This document shows, piece after piece, positions 52,000 through 64,000 of a stretch of 64,000 bases of DNA. Source of the stretch: Calcarisporiella thermophila CBS 279.70 (Eukaryota; Fungi; Calcarisporiellomycota); the NCBI RefSeq assembly GCF_041956535.1, contig NW_027192198.1, forward strand, positions 380,714 through 444,713, in the 5' to 3' direction. The position numbers were made by a program, and so were the translations under genes. The notes under the pieces are model-generated. The model did not search any database. It was not told the origin of the DNA and saw only the letters and a list, made by a program, of their open reading frames with translations. Positions within the stretch are counted from its first letter, which is position 1, and each line of letters begins with the position of its first letter.

Positions 52000-53262
52000 C
52001 TATCTATTGATCACCGAGTCTAGTAGTAGGACTCTTGCGGCAGGACTTCCAAGTTCGTCCAAGGCGGAAAACCGGTTTTGCTTTTCCACCCGCTCCAGTT
52101 TGAACCGTACCTGCTCCGCTGGCGTAGGACTGGAAGGCGGTGTTCGGAGAGACATGGTGTACACGGGCCCTGTGATACCGCGTGTTAAGTGAGCCTTTCT
52201 AGTGCTCTAAAATGACCTCGCTTACCAGTTCCCTCTCTCTCGGCCTCCACCTCCACCCACCACGACGCCCAGTATCTGATGATGGCATCAGGTTGAATGG
52301 AAGATTCGGTCACTATTTGCCGGACAAAACTGGTGTCGCTGGCTCCGGCTGCGATCTTGGCCCAGAACGAGGAGGAGGAGAGGATGGGGAGGTTGGGATA
52401 GGGCACCTGGTGGGGCTCGACAAAGACCAACTCACAGCCATGTCTAGATCAGAGGTAAGCAATGGATTAGCCGGGTAACGAAGACCGCCATAATGAAAAT
52501 GGCCAATATCTACGGATGGTGGCGGCCCATAAACTTCACTGAATCAATGATGGTGGCCACCAGTCTAGCAATGGCATCCGCACTATAGAAAGACAAAAAA
52601 GTTCGTGTAAGCATTTGCAAGTAGCGGGTGATCTTTGCTCCACTCGATACTACTTCATTGAAACTCCATGATCCGCTTCTACAGAACCCAGCAAACCGCA
52701 AATAACCACCAATGAGGGAGCCCGCGTTAGCAATGAAGAGGAAAGCAGAGGTGCCTCCGAGGAGAAACATGGCGAAAGATGGATGGACGAAAACAAGGCG
52801 GCAAGATGGGTAGAATTAGGAACATATCTACCATAACAAATAGTGCCATTCGTGTGAATGTAATCAAAGCTACTCCAGAAAAAATCCCAAAAATGCAGAG
52901 TACCTCATATCTGCATTCGCGAGCCAATGCCACACGTTTGCCTCGCCTTCCTCGCTAGCCTCCTCCTCTAGCCATTCTACAATAGCTCTCTCGGCGCGTT
53001 CTTTTCCATGCCAGATCATGAGACAGCGCCCGCCATTCTCGGGAGAAACGCGATGAAGATGGGCACGAACGTACCGAAATATTGCACTAGAATAAAAGAC
53101 CCATGAGACAAGCATCTAGGAGCTATTTCCATCGCCAGATACTACTTGCCTGCCTCGAAGGTCCCCGCCAAGGAGCCCTATTGACGAATGGGAGTGTGTG
53201 GGCACGGTAGAATTAGCGAAGAAGTGGTGATGTAAAAACGACGGCTCAGAGGATTGATCCAT
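52000..53262 (-). CDS. Divergent RecA/RAD51-paralogue-like protein, SWSAP1-like, multi-exon
   Basis: Spliced model MDQSS...IGLLGGDLRG|SAIFRY...RCLMIW...ADMR|YVPNSTHLAALFSSIH...APSLVVICGL...AIARLVATIIDSVKF. It parallels SWSAP1 RFQYPPSTRELFRLLCSAH..APSLLLLDGL..AYLIALLLDT (from memory). The last exon is uncertain. Confidence 0.55.
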
Positions 53263-53523
53263 GGAGGTGCACAGTTGACTCTTTTTATTCTACCCCATTC
53301 GATCTCGTTTATTTTGCGGATTTCAAGCGAAAAAAACGAAAAATCAAAAATAATCCCATCCAAATTTCATAATATCATATCATACATACTAGAATATTAA
53401 ATTTTTTGAAGCGCGTTTTTCTATTTTTTTTTCTTTTGTTGGGTGTCAGAGGGTATAAAGACAGATAGTTTGATTGCATTTCTTAGGAGATCCAACGCAT
53501 TCTCGTTCAAAGCACACGCGGCC

Positions 53524-56680
<3,157 letters not shown>

Positions 56681-56892
56681 AAGTGGCGGGAGGGGAGGAA
56701 ACTAGAAGGAAAGATAGGATATGTGAATCAAATCACCCTTCCATTTTATTTTTCGGATGGACATGGGTGGTGTCCTACACCATGATGATTGTATATAGTA
56801 CATTATTGTTGTTATCCAACTAATAAAGGGGGAGGTGGGGGGAAGACGGGAGAGAGACCCTGTTTAGCCACAGCTTTAGTTTGTCTATGACC

Positions 56893-57832
56893 TCAGACAA
56901 GTTTTGCTCCGTTTCTTTGGACCACTTTCTCGAAATACTTTGTCTTCAGCACGCCATCTTGCCCCTCCGTTAAAATGACGCCGTTTGCGGAGCGGAAGAA
57001 TTCAATTCCATCTAGACGTTATGGATGACCTAGTAAGCGATATCTACAGAGCTAGACGAAAAATGCCCAAAGATACGAACCCGCCATCGCCTTTTTCGCG
57101 TCGATGTAGATAAAGACTTCCGCACTTTTTCGCATCCCTATCGCCGTAGTGAGTCAGAATCCACCATCAAGTAGGAGGCAGCAGCTAACCTACCACTGAT
57201 GACGCCATCTTCGCCGGCGAGCCCAGGTGCAAAGTGGATATGATTGCGGTTCATTTTTAACAGACCTTTTTTCGCTATCATAATCAATATGGTCAGCTGG
57301 GAAGAGGACGCGGGTGGAGACACCAAATTGAATCACCTATGCTCTCCCAATTCCGCAAATAGGTGCCATGCACCACAACTGGGATATCGTCAGGTGAATT
57401 GATCTTGGTGAGCTCCAGGTCCTCAACCTGCTCAGCAACCAAAAAATAATTAGGCCTCCTCACCAATTGTATACTGAATGCAAGGTTAAGCTTACTATTA
57501 AACTATGCCCTTGATTTGCGCGTATATACCATTCTCCATTCTCTTCCGCAAGCAGAAATCGCTTCTTGTCATTATTATCCACTACTTCTTGTATTTTGGC
57601 CAGCGTGTAGCGCTTGAACCGGGGATGCTGCAGCTATCCCGAAAAAAAAAGGTCACCGTGTCAGGAACAAGTGGAAACTAGCATGCATGTGCTAGACAGA
57701 GGACAAAAAAAAATGACGTACCAGATCTTTCACTGCAACAAACCCATCATTTCGCATCAAGATCCCTTCTCTCTCAGCACCGTGGCGTAGAACGTAAGAG
57801 AGGGATTTGGACAACTTGATGTCGTGTGTCAT
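56893..57832 (-). CDS. TPT1: tRNA 2'-phosphotransferase, multi-exon
   Basis: LSKSLSYVLRHGA; NDKKRF; IRANQGHS; VVHGT; MNRNHIHFA; FFRSANGVILTEG. Confidence 0.93.
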
Positions 57833-59235
57833 TGAGCAAAGAGAATTACAAAGTCTCTGTGACTGACTAATTTTTAGTAGTCAAGCGTTCAATTTATCAA
57901 TAAGTCTTCCTCCCCAAAATGAATATAGAATGGAAATAGAGAGTATTCTCGTACTCATACATGATATAAGTGAATCAGCAAAAAAAGGGGGGAAAGAAAG
58001 GAATGCTCACAAGGAATAAAAGAGAAAACCATTCTATCTTCATCCGCTTTCAAAAACGCGCTGCCATAGACCATTCAATAATCATTAAGAAAAAAAAACC
58101 TCTCATTACATATTCACCGCGGTCCGAGTTTGCTTCCTTAAATGCGGGATAAACTCTGCACCATTCGCCATCATTCCGGGTTTCAGGTTCAGTGCGAGAT
58201 TGCTCTTACCCCCCCAGGCATTTCCAACGTGCTTGTGGACATCAAATTTTTCTTTCCGCAGGAGAACATGAATAACAATGAATGCATATGAATTGTAATA
58301 ATACAATACCTTGATCGTCAGTTGGATTCTGGAGCTGATTCAAAGCATCTGCCCAAGCTATGTTAAAAGAATGCACAAATCAGAACTTTGCGAACAAGTG
58401 CCTGCTTAAAAAGAATTCAACACTTACTTTTCACAAGGAAAGAGGTCACCTCATTAGCATTAAAACCATTCACCGATACATGCGGATCTTCAAGTGGGGG
58501 AAATTGGTCGGAGGTGGGGACAAAAGGTGGGCGGCTAGCATCCTTCCCGTTGCGACCTTTGCGGAAAAATAATACATCAATGGAAATTAGGTCGTCCAAC
58601 AGAATTCGACATTAACTATGGCGATCATCGCGGCACGCAATTATAAATGCGGCGGTCTACTTACTGATTGAACCGGTGCGCTGCTTGGCCCCTATCCCCC
58701 GCCGTTCGTCCTGCTTAAACCTAATCAAAGATGGATAAACTGCACACGTAAATTTGGGCCTCGAGGAAAACACTCACTGCCTCTCCTCCTCGCGAGCCGG
58801 GCCAGCCATGTTTCGTGAACAAGTGGACGCGCTATGGAATTAATCGATGGGAAAGAGATTGGGCAACTCTAGTAATGGTTGAAGAAAAGAATTCCCAAAG
58901 AAAGTATCTAGTCCCCCATCCAGGCCTTGGATTTTATTCGACGTCACATTCTGCCCGATACCTTGCTTTGGCCTGCAAGCAATATAACTATATCATCGGA
59001 TATAGTTGGCCCATGGCTGAAGGGCTTATAGTTTGGAAGGACATTGAATTTAGCTCTGTAGGATCTCTGTCAATGCCGCTCTGATGTTCTCCAAGGTTCT
59101 ACCTAGAAAACCTCCTTCATTTTTGTGTGTCCCCTTTGATGAATAAGAATGGATAATATCGGCCTAACATGCCCCCAATTTTTTACGATTTTTTAATCAT
59201 ACGTTTTTTTTGTTTTCATTTTTTTTCCCTCATAA

Positions 59236-60571
<1,336 letters not shown>

Positions 60572-60942
60572 AGGAGTAGGCCATTGACAGGTTAAAATGC
60601 TCTATCTATCTATTTCGGGTTCAACCTATACCTTCCTACTTCTTTTGGGTTTCTTCTAACTTTATACATATATACACACATACATATTTCTCTCTTCAAA
60701 AAGGATAAAGAAAAGAATGAAAGAAAATATTGAGCTATTCAGGACATTTCCCCCTCTTCTTTTGAAGGTTGCAATGGTTTAAATAGAATTAATGTTATTT
60801 TAATATTTAAAAGGGATTTATTAAAAAGCAAAACACTGGTTCCATAGGATAAAAACATAAATCCTCACTGACGTCTAACCGTGCTCTCACACGAAAAAAA
60901 AAAAAAAAAATAGCAAAAGACAAAGAAGATACAAAAGCCATT

Positions 60943-62466
60943 TCACTCATCCTTTTCGTCCTCATCGTCCTTCTCTGTTGATTTTGTTGTCAGCTTCACT
61001 GGCGCCTTTTTCAAGTTCGTCAGAAACTCACTCGGGAAAATCCCATTTCCGCTAACAGCAGTTGACTTAGGGGACTCTGGTTGAGACGGCTGCTCTGCTT
61101 CCTCACCATTCCCCTCGTTTGCAGGTTTTTCCTCTGACGGCTCTGCATCGCCATGTTCGTTAGAGGTGCTGTTCTCCTCTGTGGGCTCCTGTGCACCTTC
61201 ATGCTGCTCCTCTGTCTGTTGCTGTTGTTGGTCATAGCCATGGAAGTAGTTTGGGTCGTAATAATAACCCTGGCTATCGTAATAATATCCACTCTGAGGG
61301 TCATAGTAGTAACCCTGTTGTGCATAAGGGTCCTGCCCTTGTGCCTGGCTCGGGTCGTATCCAGCATACTCTGCGTAGTATTCGGAGGAATAGTGGTCAC
61401 CCTCGCGCGCACGTTTATTTGGCGCCCCTTGCTCATCACCTACATAACCCGCTAGCGCAAGCTGTTGATCAGACTGTCTAGCCATCTCCTCAACTTTACG
61501 TTTGAGCTCTTCTTTCTGGTTTTTGTAAGGGTCCTCTGTGGCCCAGCGCACATTCAGAATCTAAATAGAATACGTGGCCCTCAGCAAACCGCATTTTCTG
61601 CTCCATTTCGGCAACCCTTTAACTTACCTCATTCTTGTCCAAGCTTTGGCCTGACATGGCTTCCTTCGCAAATTCGGCTTGCAATCTACTAGCATAGGTG
61701 ACGAAGGCCACGGGTTTTGTTTTCAACAGCTTCACTGTATAAACACCCCCAGATTGGGTGATTAGTGGATGCTGGCGTATAGGTACAGAGCCAAATTCTC
61801 ACCTGTCTCGATATCTCCCCATTCCTGAAAATGCCTTACCACCACCTCCTCGGTATTGTGATAGGTGCCAACTCCGCCGACATAGAGTGTTCGATTGTCA
61901 CGCTGGAATGAACCAACACCACCCATATCATCACGATTTTGTCTGTTAAAAATTAACGATAAGCAAAAATTCAACTTAATCACGATGGAATGGCACATAC
62001 GCGAATCTTTCCCGCCCAAAGCAATCCCGTGTGATCTCCATTACTTCATCTGCTTTCGGTGTTCTGTGCCAATAGCGGCAATCAAACTGATAAAGGAGAA
62101 CAGATCTCATAGTTAAACACCGGAAACATATTGGAAGTTAACGCCCATATTTACCCCATTGGGGCAGCAACCCCTTGCGAAATAGAGGCAAAAGCATGAG
62201 CCTGGATCCTTCGATCCTTTCGTTTCGCCAGCATCTGTTGCAACTTTACAGCGTGTCTTTGCCTTTTCTCTATGTATATCAATGCATCGTGTGAGATTAA
62301 CAGCGGGATCTAGGAATTGATTCGAGCTAATCGATGAATTCTACCTCGTGTATCTGTGTGTGTCACCCCCAGACCACCGATTGTAATAAATGTTGTAATA
62401 AGCCCCCTCGGGTGCAGCAGCTACTGTTCGTACCTGCTCAGTCACCTGTTTCCTTGCCCGTTTCAT
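60943..62466 (-). CDS. CWC2: Pre-mRNA splicing factor Cwc2 (Torus/CCCH + RRM), multi-exon
   Basis: MKRARKQV...YNIYYNRWSGG; FCLYFARGCCPNG; DCFGRERF; RDDMGGVGSFQRDNRTLYVGG; AEFAKEAM..QSL; LNVRWATEDP. Confidence 0.93.
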
Positions 62467-63008
62467 TATTAGTTTTTAAGGGTGAAATAGAAGGTAGATC
62501 GGCTTCGAGAAGATGCTTGATGGCACTATTTGAGAGAATACAAATTGTATTTTCAAGATTTATGACTTGAGCAGTCATTAATTTCAGATCTTTCAGAGTG
62601 TCCATTGGAGTATCTTTGTGATTCAGAGAGAGGTTAAAAAAATAGACCTTCATTGAAGCCAAAATCGGGCCGCCAAGGATATATATACCACCAATTCACA
62701 CTTACAAAATATATTCGAACAAGAAGTGCTTATGATTTTCTACTTTTTTCGAAAAAAATCGCACAATTTGAAATATTGCACCTGCTACATTAACCGGTTG
62801 TGACTTGATTTTTAGGGTGCCGAGCGGTATTGCGGCAAAATTCGGTCAAGTATCCAAAATCCGAGTGAATTTTTTTAATTTTTCCTCGCCAAGCACCCGA
62901 GCCAAGCTCCAATTTGAGGATATATATACTTGTGAAAGCGCATTAATTCAAAAGATTTTCATTCCACTCATATACTACAACTTCATTACCTAAAGTATTA
63001 ACTTAACA

Positions 63009-64000
63009 ATGGCTTTTCGCTCCTCTTCTCTTCGTCTCTTTATGAGCCCTCTCTCATACAACCAGATTAGTTCGGCCCGTGCGGCACTACGGTCTCAAAA
63101 TCCCAGCATTTTGTATCTGCGTAGTAGTTTAGCAACATCTCACAAATCTGGACCGTCGCTTCAGAGCCGTTTATTCAACTCATCATCCTCCTTCTCTGCT
63201 CTCCCGGTTCCTAAATCCGCCACAATATCTTCGCTCTGCCGCAATCAAATCCGCACGTTCCACCGCGATGCACGAGAATATTACAAGGACGAATGGGACA
63301 AGGCCTGGCATCACTGGCATAAGAGATACAGCAAGCAATTTGGAAAAGATTCTGCGAAATGGGAGTCCGCAGACATGCCTCCCTATCCTCCACACTACCT
63401 TTACTATCGCGGATGGCGTCCATTTTACGGCTATCACCGGTGGGGCTACTACTGCCATCCCCGCCACAGAATCGCCAAGCTTCTGCTATTTGTTGGAGTC
63501 CCCATCGCCTATTTTGCTAGCGGTTCTAGTGCAGCAATGACTGTAGCCGCCGGAGGAGTAGCTTTGGCATTGATTCCTTCGCTATTTTCAGCCGCCAGCT
63601 TCGTGGTATTCACAGCGTTTGGTATCATGTTTGTTACTGCTGTGGGGGGAGGATTCGTATTCGGCGTCCCGATGATGGAAATGAAATATCGATTGGAGGA
63701 ACTAATCGATGACGGCTTTGATTCAGAGAAATGGACCATCCACAAGTCGGCGAAAGACTTGCCAAATGAAATGGAGCGATGGAGAGTGAAGTGGTTCGAC
63801 AGACACGAGAGCAAATGGGAGAGTTTAATCACCAGCGGTGAAGTCGAAATGAAAGGAGAGAAAAAGCAGGTGCGATTTTCCTGCGATAGAAAGGGTGACA
63901 ATATAATGCAAGAAAAATATCTCCGAGTGGCTGCAGCAGTAGAGGAGGAGTTGGCGAAGCGTGAGGCATTGGGGGATATGTATCCCGACAAGGTCTACCT
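63009..64000 (+). CDS. Putative mitochondrial membrane protein, runs off the right edge
   Basis: Open frame from ATG 63009 to the edge. Arg/Ser-rich, acid-free presequence-like N-terminus; aromatic-rich segment; 2-3 hydrophobic helices. Confidence 0.7.
   Translation, partial: MAFRSSSLRLFMSPLSYNQISSARAALRSQNPSILYLRSSLATSHKSGPSLQSRLFNSSSSFSALPVPKSATISSLCRNQIRTFHRDAREYYKDEWDKAWHHWHKRYSKQFGKDSAKWESADMPPYPPHYLYYRGWRPFYGYHRWGYYCHPRHRIAKLLLFVGVPIAYFASGSSAAMTVAAGGVALALIPSLFSAASFVVFTAFGIMFVTAVGGGFVFGVPMMEMKYRLEELIDDGFDSEKWTIHKSAKDLPNEMERWRVKWFDRHESKWESLITSGEVEMKGEKKQVRFSCDRKGDNIMQEKYLRVAAAVEEELAKREALGDMYPDKVY

Overview
Gene-dense, intron-rich eukaryotic DNA with short introns and poly-C/poly-G tracts. 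The gene content suggests an early-diverging (non-Dikarya) fungus such as Mucoromycota or Zoopagomycota; this is an inference. About 25 protein-coding genes can be reconstructed by hand. Housekeeping genes are RPL24, RPL18, ADK1, SPE3, TPT1, CWC2, a RIB7-like reductase, dynamitin and an ACBD5/Atg37-like protein. Signalling and regulatory genes are a G-alpha subunit, a YANK/STK32 kinase, and Zn2Cys6, C2H2 and bZIP transcription factors. The standout is a multi-exon gene (37132-40913, minus strand) encoding signal peptide + bacterial-type PstS phosphate-binding domain + EGF-like module + class C (GABA-B/mGluR-type) 7TM GPCR + cytoplasmic tail, a candidate cell-surface phosphate-sensing GPCR. Several genes resemble animal families usually considered absent from yeasts and moulds: Cullin-2-like, an ATF6/CREB3-like membrane bZIP with a site-1-protease motif, LARP4-like and SWSAP1-like. 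An accessory island at about 29.1-33.2 kb carries a GC-rich intronless orphan ORF (possible viral or horizontal origin) and a degraded HET-family pseudogene. Three first introns use GC donors. There is an assembly gap at 34333-34643. All family assignments come from motif recognition by eye, not database searches.
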